A stretch of DNA of 64,000 bases from Octopus sinensis (taxonomy: Eukaryota). The DNA lies in NCBI RefSeq assembly GCF_006345805.1, contig NC_043022.1, forward strand, positions 14,570,001-14,634,000, read 5' to 3'. A program made the position numbers and the translations under genes. The notes beneath the pieces are model-generated. The model was not told the DNA's origin, did no database searches, and worked only from the letters and a program-made list of their open reading frames with translations. Shown here one piece after another: positions 1 to 13,072 of the stretch (position 1 is the first letter of the stretch; each line of letters begins with the position of its first letter).

Positions 1-78
1 ACACGGCAATAACCGAGCCTACCTGGTAAAATACACCTGCCGATACACAGGATCGGTTATAGTGTAATTAATAAATTA

Positions 79-455
79 GGCGCAGGGGTGGTTGTGTGGT
101 AAGTAGCTTGTTTACCAACCACATGGTTCCGGGTTCAGTCCCAATGCGTGGCACCTTGGGCAAGTGTCTTCTACTATAGCCTCGGGCCGACCAAAGCCTT
201 GTGAGTGGATTTGGTAGACGGAAACTGAAAGAAGCCCGTCGTATATATGTGTATATATATATGTGTATGTTTGTATCTCTGTGTTTGTCCCCCCAACAAC
301 GCTTGACAACCGGTTCGGCAAAAAGAGACCGATAGAATAAGTACTGGGCTTACAAAAGACTAAGTCCCGGAGTCGATCGAGTTGCTCGACTAAAGGCGGT
401 GCTCCAGCATGGCCGCAGTCAAATGACTGAAACAAGTAAAAGAGAGTAAAAAGAG
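79..455 (+). mobile_element. SINE family A (~380-420 bp, tRNA-like head), near full length
   Basis: Head GGCGCAGG(A/G)GTGGCTGTGTGGTAAG...GGTTCAGTCCC with A/B-box-like motifs, central (TA)n/(TG)n, tail CAGCATGGCCGCAGTCAAATGACTGAAACAAGTAAAAGAG. More than 20 copies occur in the window. Confidence 0.85.
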
Positions 456-1832
456 TAACCGAACCTACCTGGCCATACCTGCCGATACACAGGATCGGTT
501 GTAGTGTAATTAATAAAACAATTATTTTGGTTAATTATTTATTTCTTTTGCGTATCCTTCACATAGCTCTCTCTACACATTCATCATCCTCATTACTCTT
601 ACACTCAAAAATTCTCACACTTTCCCTTTCTCCGTTACACCTTCTCCCTCCCTCACACACAACACACACACCACACTCTTACTCTTTCTTTCTCACACAT
701 TCTTCCTTACACACACACTTCCTTATCCCTCTCCCTCTCTTACATCTACTCTGACTCTCCTCCCATTCATCACACGCCACAAATTTCCCTCCCATCCTCC
801 CTCCATCACTCTCTCTCTTGCGGAAATCCCTCACTCGCTTTATCATTCACACTCTTCCTTACACCCATTCTCCCTTCTCTGCTTCTTTCTTCCTTCCTCT
901 CTCCCTCTCCCCTCGTGGAAGTTCTCTTGCCCATGATTCAAGGTGTGAACCAGTCTGTATATCCAATTAATGCCACACACACACACACACACACACACTG
1001 TATCTCCCCCCCTCCATTTACTCAGAGTAAAAAATCCAGCACAGAAAATAAAAACAACCAAACACAAACGCACAAAGTCTCCTCCTCCTCCCCTCACTCA
1101 AAAATGTCTCCTCTTCCTCCTCCTCCTCCGCCCGTCCTACTCCCGCCAATTTCTTCGGCTGCTCTGGCTCCCATGTCTTCCTGTTAAGCGTGAATGGACT
1201 GCACCCAGCTCTATCGTTATTATTATTGCTGCTACTACTACTACTACTACTACTACTGACAATGATAATAATAATAAGGGAGCAGGAAGAGGAGAAGAAA
1301 GACAGACACATTACATACAACCAGCGACAGGGGACACTCGCCTCCGCCGACAAGGCTCTTGAAAACTTTCACTGTCATCTTTAAAGAGAGAGGGAGGAAA
1401 ACCTCTCTGTCTCGTCTCTCCTCCCCCTTCTTTCCTTGGGAGTTTAGTGTGAGTCATTGATTACTTATTGGCGGCATGTGGATCACCCTCGCCCCCCCCC
1501 TCCACCTCGAAACATTTTCATACACATCAGCGACCTCGGGGTCAAAAAAGCAGGGAGACGGTTATCGACGATGGCGGCGGCGGTGACAAGCCTGACGCTC
1601 TGATATGTGAAGATGGCTTTTTCAAGAAAACAATAATAAGTAAACAAAATGTTATTTGCCACAAGGGCTGAAAGGGTTGTAAATGACGTTTCTTATACAG
1701 TGTTTGCATTTTTATTAGCCCTACTGAGGTAGTCTATGCTTCAGGCGTATTCGAACTCCCAAGAAAGCCATTTACAGTATTTTTCAGAGAATCTGTGTGT
1801 GTGGTGTGTATATATATATATATATATTTATA

Positions 1833-2226
1833 TACTCTTTTTACTCTTCTACTTGTTTCAGTCATTTGACTGCGGCCATGCTGGAGCACCGCCTTTATTC
1901 GAGCAACTCGACCCCGGGACTTATTCTTTGTAAGCCCAGTACTTATTCTATCGGTCTCTTTTGCCGAACCGCTAAGTGACAGCCACATAAACACACCAGC
2001 ATCGGTTGTCAAGCAATGCTAGGGGGACAAACACAGACACACAAACACATACATATATATATATACATATATACGACAGGCTTCTTTCAGTTTCCGTCTA
2101 CCAAATCCACTCACAAGGCTTTGGTTGGCCCAAGGCTACAGTAAAAGATACTTGCCCAAGGTGCCATGCAGTGGGACTGAACCCAGAACCATGTGGTTGG
2201 TAAGCAAGCTACTTACCACACAGCCT
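1833..2226 (-). mobile_element. SINE family A, full length
   Basis: Reverse complement of the element at 79-455. Confidence 0.85.
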
Positions 2227-2453
2227 TATTTCTTTATTGCGTACAAGGGGCTAAAACATAGAGGGGACAAACAAGGACTGACAAAGGGATTAAGTTGATT
2301 ACATCGACCCTAGTGTGAAAATAGTACTTTATTTATTGACCCCAAAAGGAAGAAAAGCAAAGTCGACCTCGGCAGGATTTGAACTCAGAACGTAACGACA
2401 GACGAAATACCTCTAAGCATTTCGCCCGGTGTGCAAACGTGTCTGCCAGCTCG

Positions 2454-2456
<3 letters not shown>
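2227..2456 (-). mobile_element. SINE family B (~230 bp)
   Basis: On the sense strand: AAGGCGGCGAGCTGGCAGA...GAGTTCAAATTCC (B-box-like), GGTCGACTTTGCCTTTCATCCTTTCGGGGTCGAT core, tail ...AAAGAAATA. Confidence 0.8.

Positions 2457-2457
<1 letters not shown>

Positions 2458-2541
<84 letters not shown>
2458..2541. repeat. (TA)n microsatellite
   Basis: About 42 uninterrupted TA units. Confidence 0.95.
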
Positions 2542-2545
<4 letters not shown>

Positions 2546-4562
2546 GCTGTGTGGTAAGTAGCTTGCTTACCAATCACATAGTTCTGGGTTCAATCCCACT
2601 GCATGGCACCTTGGGCAAGTGTCTTCTATAGCCTCGGGCTGACTGACGCCTTGTGAGTGGAAACTGAAAGAAGCCCGTTGTGTGTGTATATATATATGTA
2701 TGTATATGTTTGTGTCTGTGTTTGTTGCCCACCATCGCTTAACATCTGATGTTGGTGTGTTATGTCCCTGTAACTTACCAGTCTGGCAAAAGGGACCGAT
2801 AGAATAAGTACTAGGCTTACAAAGAATGTCATGGGATCGATTTGTTTGACTAAAAAGAGCGGTGCTCCAGCACGGCCTGAAACAAAGAATATAGGTGCAG
2901 GAGTGGCTGTGTGGTAAGAAGCTTGCTTCACAACCACATGGATCCAGGTTCAGTCCCATTGCATGGCACCTTGCGCAAGTGACTTCTACTATAGCCCTGG
3001 GCCGACCAAAGCCTTGTGAGTGGGTTTGGTAGATGGAAACTAAAAGAAGCCCATCGTATATGTATATCTTTGTGTTTGTCCCTCTCCACCATCACTTGAC
3101 AACTGATGTCGGTGTGTTTATGTCCCCATAACCTAGTGGTTCAGCAAAAGAGACCGATAGAATAAGTACTTGGCTTACATAGAATAAGTCCTGGGGTTGA
3201 TTTGCTCAACTAAAGGCGGTGCTCCAGCATGGCTGCAGTCTAATGACTGAAACAAGTAAAAGAATATAGTGAGATGCACAAGCATGCCGCCCAACCACAT
3301 GGTTCTGGGTTCAGTCCCACTGTGTGGCACCTTGGACAAGTGTCTTCTGCTATAGTCCGGGGGCAACCAAAGCCTTGAGTAGATTTGGTTCACAGAAACT
3401 GAAGTGAAGCCTGTCGTGTGCATGTGTGTCTCCTCATCACTGCTCAACAACCGGTGTAGGTGTGTTTACATCCCTGTAACTTAGTGTTGCAGCAAAACAG
3501 ATCGATAGGCGCAGGAGTGGCTGTGTGGTAAGTAGCTTGCTTACCAACCACATGGTTCCGGGTTCAGTCCCACTGCGTGGCACCTGGGGCAAGTGTCTTC
3601 TAATATAGCCTCGGGCCGACCAAAGCCTTGTGAGTGGATTTGGTAGACGGAAACTGAAAGAAGCCTGCCGTATATATGTATATATATATATATAAGTGTG
3701 TGTGTATATGTTTGTGTGTCTGTGTTTGTCCCCCTAGCATTGCTTGACAACCGATGCTGGTGTGTTTATGTCCCCGTCACTTAGCGGTTCGGCAAAAGAG
3801 ACCGATAGAATAAGTACTGGGCTTACAAAGAATAAGTCCCGGGGTCGATTTGCTCGATTAAAGGCGGTGCTCCAGCATGGCTGCAGTCAAATGACTGAAA
3901 CAAGTAAAAGAATATAGTGAGATGCACAAGCATGCCGCCCAACCACATGGTTCTGGGTTCAGTCCCACTGTGTGGCACCTTGGACAAGTGTCTTCTGCTA
4001 TAGTCCGGGGGCAACCAAAGCCTTGAGTAGATTTGGTTCACAGAAACTGAAGTGAAGCCTGTCGTGTGCATGTGTGTCTCCTCATCACTGCTCAACAACC
4101 GGTGTAGGTGTGTTTACATCCCTGTAACTTAGTGTTGCAGCAAAACAGATCGATAGGCGCAGGAGTGGCTGTGTGGTAAGTAGCTTGCTTACCAACCACA
4201 TGGTTCCGGGTTCAGTCCCACTGCGTGGCATCTTGAGCAAGTGTCTTCTAATATAGCCTCGGGCCGACCAAAGCCTTGTGAGTGGATTTGGTAGACGGAA
4301 ACTGAAAGAAGCCTGCCGTATATATGTATATATATATATATAAGTGTGTGTGTATATGTTTGTGTGTCTGTGTTTGTCCTCCTAGCATTGCTTGACAACC
4401 GATGCTGGTGTGTTTATGTCCCCGTCACTTAGCGGTTCGGCAAAAGAGACCGATAGAATAAGTACTGGGCTTACAAAGAATAAGTCCCGGGGTCGATTTG
4501 CTCGATTAAAGGCGGTGCTCCAGCATGGCTGCAGTCAAATGACTGAAACAAGTAAAAGAGAA
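2542..4562 (+). mobile_element. Cluster of family A SINE copies and fragments, including a 648-bp tandem duplication
   Basis: Repeated heads at ~2542, 2894, 3286, 3507, 3934 and 4155; sequence repeats with period 648 from ~3242 to ~4559. Confidence 0.85.
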
Positions 4563-5059
4563 AGAGATAGAATAAGTAGTAGGTTTAAAAAATTTGTCCT
4601 GGGGTTCAATTTCTGTGGCCAAAACCCTCTGAGGCTGTGCTCCAGCATGGGCGTGGTCAAATGACAAACAAATGAAAATGTGTCTGTGTGTGTATTTTCT
4701 TTGCGTCTCCCATAATGCAGCAGCGTGTGTGTGGTTGTGTGTGTGTGTGTGTGTGTGTGTGGTCGGAAGTTTCTCAATGGGAAAAGGTCCGTCCATTGAA
4801 GCAAGAATCAGAAGGAATGTGAATGGAATGGAATGTCTGTTGCTGCCTTAAAACCCCCTAAAACCCCCTTGGCTATGGGATTTTATTGACTTTGGGAACA
4901 GGGTGGGGAATTCCATTCTGCATTTATGAAATATTTACTCCTATGTTTGTATGGCATGTATGTATGTTCATTCTACTAACCATATCAGGGTGGTGTCTAA
5001 CCATGGCCACTTCCATGAATGAAGCAAGGGCATAGTATATGCTGGTTGCAGGGCCTTTG

Positions 5060-5410
5060 TAAGATTTGTGTTGTATGTGTGTGTGTGCATATATATATGT
5101 CTGTGCGTGTGTATATGCATGTGTGTGTATGTATATGCGTATGTATGTATATGTGCGTATGTGTATGTATGTGCATGTGTGTATGTGTGTGCACGTATGT
5201 CTATGTGCATGTATGTATGTGTGTGTATGTATGTGCGTGCATGTGTGAATGTGTGTGTATGTGCATGCGTGTGTGTGTGTATGTGCGTGTGTATGTATGT
5301 GTATGTATGTGGATGTATGTATATATGCATGTATGTGCATGTATGTATATATGTACATGTATGTATGTGTGTGTGTGTATGTGTGTGTGTGCGTGTGTGT
5401 ATGTATGTAA
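5060..5410. repeat. Degenerate (TG/TA) microsatellite
   Basis: Alternating GTAT/GTGT/GCAT units. Confidence 0.9.
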
Positions 5411-5769
5411 TATATATTATGGTGTGTGGGTTCTACCCTCTCTTCTAAGACACAACTGCTTCTCTCTTAGAACTACTAATAGTTAATGACAGCAATTAAT
5501 GAATGATTGAAGGGCAGGCCTTAAGTACTGGCAGCAAGCCCTGGTACCATTTCTTTCTATCACCACCCCACCCGACCACCCACCCATCCACCCGACCACC
5601 CACCCATCCACCCACCGACCGACCGGAAGGATGAAGTGCAGTGTTGGTACTGGAGTGATTTGATCTCTGAATATAAAAAAAGGGAGGTATTTTTATTGGC
5701 CACTGGAAAAATGTGGGAACAGTACAAAAAAAAAGAGGGGTGTCAAGCAGGGATACATATTTGTGCATG

Positions 5770-5800
<31 letters not shown>

Positions 5801-6164
5801 TGTCTTTAAGAATGGTCTTATGAATGAAACTGTATTCCTGTGTGTGTGGAGGGGTGTGAGGGGGGGTGGTGGTTTGATGTGCCTCAATGAGGAATGGTAA
5901 GATCCATTGAAGCCGAGAACCAGGAGGAATCTTCATGTGAATGGAATGTCTGTTGCTGACTTAAAACTATAGCAAAGGGATTTTTATTTATTTTAACACT
6001 GGAAGGCTGCGGCGGCGGGGGGGGGGGGGTCGAGGAAGGGTAGGCAAGAAGTGGGTGTGGGTGGGTGCGTGCAGAATTCCATTCTCATCTCCCTCTCTCT
6101 CTCTCTCTCTCTCTTATATGAATAGTTTGTGCTGTGTGGGTGTTCTGTCTCCCCCTCCTTCGCT

Positions 6165-6199
<35 letters not shown>

Positions 6200-6859
6200 T
6201 ACCCCTCCAGGTCATTTGTCTTCTCCCCTTCACAACTACCACATTGACTGAACCTTTCCCACCCACTCCCCTCTCGTGAATAAACTAATCAGTTTTAAGA
6301 GACATCTGTGAAGACAGAATCTGGAATGTATTAACTCTGGTGGTAGCCACAGTGGTGGGGTGGTGGTGGTGGTGGTGGTGGTGGGAGAGATGGCTAAATG
6401 AATCTAATGTTGGAAGCATGTGTGTGGTGGTGGTGTCGGGAGGGGGGGGGGTCATGTGCCAGGAGGAGAGATGATACCTTGCCTGGTTGGTGAAGATATT
6501 TAACATGTGGTAAGTAGCTTGTTTACCAACCACATGGTTCTGGGTTCAGTCCCACTGTGTGGCACCTTGGGCAAGTGTCTTCTACTATCGCCTCGGGCCA
6601 ACCAAAGTAGTGCCAATACATGAAACTCTCAGCTTTTGGCTTACTCTCTAACTTCTGCCTATATAGATATACATAATAACAAAGGGTGAAATTAATTAAT
6701 TAAGAAGTAATCAGTAATTTCACCAAGTAGAATTTGGCATGAAAAGGACTATTTCAAGGACCCCCTTTAAAGTAGAGGGAATAGCTAAGATTTTTTGACT
6801 GCTATTTCTAAACTTCGGTATGTGGTGAAGCAAATCTTTGCTGAACCCTAATTATATAG

Positions 6860-6903
<44 letters not shown>

Positions 6904-7244
6904 TACATATATATATATGTATGTAAAAATCTCATCACCAATGAAAGAGTCTCTACCTGGTTGCTTGACATACTAAAAATAGCACCTAAATCACATGCCC
7001 ATTGTACGTAATGCCCTAGATTATCCCTAAAAAAATGGTTTGCTGAAGGCTGGAATGTCTTTGATGATAGTTTTGCTGTGTCAGGGTTGATTTCAGGCTG
7101 AATAACAAGAAAATTATTATTGAGGCAGACCAACAAGCATTTGCTTGCGTTCCCACCTACCAATGTTTGACAACCACTGTTGGTTTGTTTATGTCCCCAT
7201 GATTTAGCAGTTTAGCAAACGAGACCAATAGGATAAGTACAATC

Positions 7245-7500
7245 ATCATCATCGTTTAACGTCCGCTTTTCATGCTAGCATGGGTTGGACGGTTCAACTG
7301 GGGTCTGATCTGGCAATGTTTCTACGGCTGGATGCCCTTCCTAACGCCAACCACTCCATGGGTGTAGTGGGTGCTTTTTATGTGCCACTGGCACGGGGGG
7401 CCAGATGAGGTTGGCAACGGCCACAATCGGATGGTGCATTTTACGTGCCACCGGCACGGAGGCCAGTCGGGGCGGCGCTGGCAATGGCCATGTTCGGATG
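7245..7500 (-). mobile_element. RTE-type LINE 3' end fragment (family C) with (GAT)n tail
   Basis: CATCATCATCGTTTAACGTCCGCTTT..CATGCTAGCATGGGTTGGACG recurs at ~10670, 14930 and 41527, and reversed at ~54560-54920, 56560-56735 and 61640-61790. A diverged version terminates the RT-bearing LINE at ~21797. Confidence 0.65.
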
Positions 7501-7898
7501 GTTCTCTTGAGACTTAAAAACACTAAGAAACGAGGTCAATTTATTTGACTAAAACCCTTTAAAGTGGTTCCCCTACATGGCCACCGACTAATGACTGAAA
7601 CACGACAAAAGATTAAAAACAAAAGATATATCGTTTTTCCATCAACCGTCCCCCATACTGTCATGGTTGGGATGAGTTTTGTGAAGCAGTACTATACAGC
7701 AAGAGGCCCCTCCTGTTGCTAATCCTTTTAGTTGCCTTTTACATCATGCAGCGGCTGAGTGTACCTATCTTAACCCTGGAACACACACACTTTTTTTTTT
7801 CTTCAATATATTCTTTGAAACATTAGTATTAAGAAAACCAATTGTACATGGTGCTGTTCCTAAGAGATGAATGGATGGACAGCCAAGATGATATTAAT

Positions 7899-8580
7899 AT
7901 ATATATATATGTATATATGTGTGTATATATATGTGTGTGTATATATATGTATATATGTGTGTATATATATGTATATATGTGTGTGTATATATATATTATA
8001 TATGTGTGTGTATATATGTATATATGTGTGTGTATATATATGTATATATATATATATGTATATATATATGTGTATATATATATGTATATATATATATATG
8101 TATATATATATGTGTATATATATGTATATATATGTGTATATATATGTATATATGTGTGTGTATATATGTATATATGTGTGTGTATATATGTATATATGTG
8201 TGTGTATATATGTATATATGTGTGTATATATATGTATATATGTGTGTATATATATGTATATATGTGTGTATATATGTGTATATATGTGTGTATATATATG
8301 TATATATGTGTGTATATATATGTATATATGTGTGTGTATATATATATGTATATATGTGTGTGTATATATATGTATATATGTATATATATATATGTATATA
8401 TATATGTGTATATATATGTATATATATGTGTATATATATGTATATATGTGTGTGTATATATGTATATATGTGTATATATATGTATATATGTGTGTATATA
8501 TATGTATATATATATGTGTATATATATGTGTATATATATGTATATATATGTGTATATATATGTGTATATATATGTGTATC
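7899..8580. repeat. ~680-bp compound (TA)n/(TG)n microsatellite
   Basis: Essentially only T, A and G, in alternating purine-pyrimidine order. It produces the spurious 200-270 aa ORFs in the track. Confidence 0.95.
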
Positions 8581-8954
8581 CATAGGCAAACACCTTTTCA
8601 TCTATTTGTGTTCATTCATCTATCTCTCTTTCACACACACACACACACACAACACACACACACACACACACAGAGTAAAACCTAAGTATAATAGTGATTT
8701 TATATTTTAAAAAAACCCAGAAATGCCAGCAGGCATATCCTGGTATATCTCCTGGAAGTTCTTTCCATTAAAAAATATCCTAAACAGACGATGCTAGCAA
8801 TTACTATACATCAGGGCTCCTGCTGAGGTTTGAACCATTGTGTTCAGATTCCCATGACTTCCCATAGGCCAGTTTGGAAAAGTGGAGGAGAAGGGGCACT
8901 AGGCATTTTAACACCTCTGTGAACACAGTTGATTAGCTGCTGCAAAACTGAATT

Positions 8955-9365
8955 ACTCTCTTTCTCTCTTTTACTCTCTTTTACTTGTTTCAGTCATTTG
9001 ACTGCGGCCATGCTGGAGCACCGCCTTTAGTCGAGCAAATCGACCCTGGGACTTATTCTTTGTAAGCCCAGTACTTATTCTATCGGTCTCTTTTGCCGAG
9101 CCGCTAAGTGACGGGGACATAAACACACCAGCATCGGTTGTCAAGCAATGCTAGGGGGGCAAACACAGACACACAAACACATACATATATATATACATAT
9201 ATACGACAGGCTTCTTTCAGTTTCCGTCTACCAAATCCACTCACAAGGCATTGGTCGGCCCGAAGCTATAGCAGAAGACACTTGCCCAAGATGCCACGCA
9301 GTGGGACTGAACCCGGAACCATGTGGTCGGTTAGCAAGCTACTTACCACACAGCCATTCCTGCGC
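8955..9365 (-). mobile_element. SINE family A, full length
   Basis: Reverse complement of the family A consensus, tail to head. Confidence 0.85.
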
Positions 9366-10057
9366 CTTTATTATTATTTTTTTTTTCATAATATGATTTG
9401 ACCCCTTACCAGTACTTTGTCTGCCCCCTACGTTCTAAGTTCAAATTCCACTGAGGTCGACTTTGCCTTTCATTCTTTCGGGGTCGATTAAATAAGTACC
9501 AGTTATGCACTGGGGTCGATGTATTCGACTTAATCCTTTTGTCTGTCCCCTCTATGTTTAGCCCCCTGTGGGCAATAAAGAAATAAATATGATTTGGCCC
9601 CTTAACAAGGCTTCATGTGTTAGGGACTCAAAAGTTAGTTTGCTGCTACTGCCTTTCTTTCTTGTTCTTTCCCATGACCCCCACTCCTACTGGACTCAGT
9701 TTGGTCTAAAGGTTGCAGCAATCTGGCAGAATTGTCAGTACACCGGACAAACTACTCAGCGGCATTTTGTTAATCTTTATGTTCTGAGTTCAAATTCCAC
9801 TGAGGTCGACTTTCTTTTTCATCCTTTCACGGTCAATAAAATAAGTATCAGTTACGTACTGTGGTCGATGCAAACATATACTCAGTTTCGCACACGATGG
9901 GCTTCTTTCAGTTTCTCTCTATAAGAACCATTCACAAGGCTTTGGTTGACCCAGGTGTATAGTAGAAAATACTTTCCCCACGTGCCTGTCACGACACCAG
10001 CATCAGCCACAGCTACAATCTCTCTTGGCTTGGCAGGTCTTCTCAAGCACATCATAC

Positions 10058-10475
10058 CTATTTCTTTACTACCCACAAGGAGCTAAACACAGAGAGGACA
10101 AACAAGGACAGACAAACGGATTAAGTCGATTATATCGACCCCAGTGCGTAACTGGTACTTATTTAATCGACCCCAAAAGGATGAAAGGCAAAGTCGACCT
10201 CGGTGGAATTTGAACTCAGAACATAACGGCAGACAAAATACCTATTTCTTTACTACCCACAAGGGGCTAAACACAGAGAGGACAAACAAGGACAGACAAA
10301 CGGATTAAGTCGATTATATCGACCCCAGTGCGTAACTGGTACTTATTTAATCGACCCCGAAAGGATGAAAGGCAAAGTCGACCTCGGCGGAATTTGAACT
10401 CAGAACGTAGCAGCAGACGAATTACCGCAAAGCATTTCGCCTGGCATGCTAACGATTCTGCCAGCTCGCTGTCTT
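10058..10475 (-). mobile_element. SINE family B head-to-tail dimer
   Basis: Two copies of the body joined at the junction ...AAAATACCTATTTCTTT. Confidence 0.8.
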
Positions 10476-12685
10476 TCAAGCACATCATACCACCAAATGT
10501 GTTGGCCACCTGATGCTGCCTCCATGTGGCTCAATGTGCAAACTGTGCTTTTTACGTGCCGCTGGCATGGGTGCCAGTCACACGGCACTGGCATCTGAGA
10601 TTGATTTCATTTGGCTTGACAGGGCCCATTCATGCTCAGTATATTGCCCAACATATTTAAGCAGCAGCATCATCATCATCGTTTAACGTCCGCTTTCCAT
10701 GCTAGCATGGGTTGGACGATTTGACTGAGGGCTGGCGAACCAGATGGCTGCACCAGGCTCCAATCTTGATCTGGCAGAGTTTCTACTGCTGGATGCTTTT
10801 CCTAATGCCAGCCACTCCGAGAGAGTAGTGGGTGCTAACGCCAACCACTCCGAGAGAAGATAAGTCAATTACATCGACCCACCACCACCACCAATGTTTC
10901 ACTGGTTCTTATTTTATCAACCCTGAGAAGATGAAAGGCAAAAGTCAACCGTGGCAGAATTTGAACTCAGAATGACAGATGGAATGCTACTAAGCGTTGT
11001 GTGCTAACGATTCTGCCAGCTTGCCACAACCAATTAGTCTTGAACTGGGTGCAGTAGGAGTGGGATTGGGGGGGGGGGGAGAAAGGGCAGTACTAGCAAA
11101 TATTGGTTTGACTTTTGCCAACAGTCTCCCTCCCCACCCCCACCCCCCCGTGGACCCCTTAAATTCCTATCATTCTATCTTGAAATAATGTCAATGGACA
11201 AGGGGACAGGCTATGGCAAGGGAGAAAGGAAGGGAAAGCAAGCAAGCAAGCAGAATATTAAAGGGGAACTTTATTAAAAGGGGCTGCAGCAGAAAGTTGA
11301 CAAGTGAGGTGGGGGGTGGAGAGGGGAGGTGTCAGTAGGGAGAGAAACAAAGGACCAGCAGAAGGACCCAGTATAAGATGAAAGGTTTTAAAACTCTTAC
11401 TTGAGGATGTATTTTTTTGTTTATATTTTTATGTGGCTCTAGAGAGGTAATAAGTTTGTTTCCCAACCACATGGTTCTGGGTTCAGTCCCACTGTGTGAC
11501 TTCTTGGGCATGTCTTTTTTTACTAAAGCCTCGGCCCAACCAGAGCCCTGTACGTGGAAATGGTGGATAGAAACAAGGAAGTCTATGTCCTCTGTGTGTG
11601 CATGCATGCATCTCCTCCCATGAGCTTGAAACCAGTGTTGGTTTGTTTATGTCCCTCTAATCTCAAAAGAAGCTAATAAGTACTAGGTTCAACATACTTT
11701 TGACAAAAAACCTTTCAAGGGGGTTGCCCCAGCATGGCCAGTCCAATGACTGCAAGAAGTTTAAAAAAATACAAAAAAAAAGTATTCAAGTATGGTTCCG
11801 GGTTCAGTCCCACTGCGTGGCACCTTCGGCAAGTGTCTTCTACTATAGCCTCAGGCCGACCAAAGCCTTGTGAGTGGATTTGGTAGACGGAAACTGAAAG
11901 AAGCCTGTCATATATATATATGATGATGATGATGATATATATATATATGTGTGTGTGTGTGTGAGTTTGTATGTCTGTGTCTGTCCCCCTAGCATTGCTT
12001 GACAACCGATGCTGGTGTGTTTATGTCCCCGTCACTTAGCGGCTTGGCAAAGAGACCGATAGAATAAGTACTGGGCTTACAAAGAATAAGTCCTTGGGTC
12101 GAGTTGGTCGATTAAAGGCGGTGCTCCAGCATGGTCGCAGTCAAATGACTGAAACGAGTAAAAGAGTAAGTCCCTATGGATGCATTCAAGCCCCCCCACC
12201 CCCCGGCCACCATTCAGACCTTTTGATAGGGAACATACATTCCATTCAACCGCAGTCCCCATTTTCTGCCAAACACCAGTCTTCAGAAATTCTTCAAGAT
12301 TAACCATTCTGTTAGCATATTCCTGTTGAAATCCACTGCTTTTGTTTCAATTAATTTTGGAAAAACTGAAGAATTTCAGAAGACAACTCCTTATTAAGCA
12401 GCAGATGTTTGGGACATAAGCAAACATGAAATTCTGATGTAAGGTTTTAATTTAGGTCACTTTTAATCCTTCTGTTACCATATTTTTGCTTCACTTAATT
12501 TTGAAAGTAATTTAGTCAAATACCTGTGTGGTTATTAAGTATTTAGAAAATTAATCAACATGTGATTTTAAAGTAAATCTTAATTTTGATCTTTAAACCA
12601 GGAACTTTGTAACACAGAATCATCTAGTCTCAGGTGGTTAGATATCACACACACACACACACACATATTTATTAATAGAAGTGTA

Positions 12686-13072
12686 TAGTGGCTGTGTGGT
12701 AAGTAGCTTGTTTACCAACCACATGGTTCCGGGTTCAGTCCCACAGCGTGGAACCTTGGGCAAGTGTCTTCTGCTATAGCCTCGGGCCGACCAAAGCCTT
12801 GTGAGTGGATTTGGTAGACGGAAACTGAAAGAAGCCCATCGTATATATATATATATGTGTATGTGTGTGCGTGTATGTCTGTGTGTCCCTCTAGCATTGC
12901 TTAACAACCGATGCTGGTGTGTTTACGTCCCCATAACTCAGCGGTTCGGCAAAAGAGATCGATAGAATAAGTACTGGGGTTACAAAGAATAAGTCCCGGG
13001 GTCGAGTTGCTCGATTAAAGGCGGTGCTCCAGCATGGCCACAGTCAAATGACTGAAACAAGTAAAAGAGAGT
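12686..13072 (+). mobile_element. SINE family A, near full length
   Basis: Matches the family A consensus. Confidence 0.85.

Noticed and set aside
112-435. Recurrent ORFs such as ...[32 protein letters not shown] and ...[10 protein letters not shown] at many loci
   Set aside because: They are antisense readings of SINE family A, not a protein family.
7829-8710. Five overlapping ORFs of 200-270 aa
   Set aside because: They are translations of a TA/TG microsatellite (Y/I/H/T or M/C/V/Y only) and have no coding signal.
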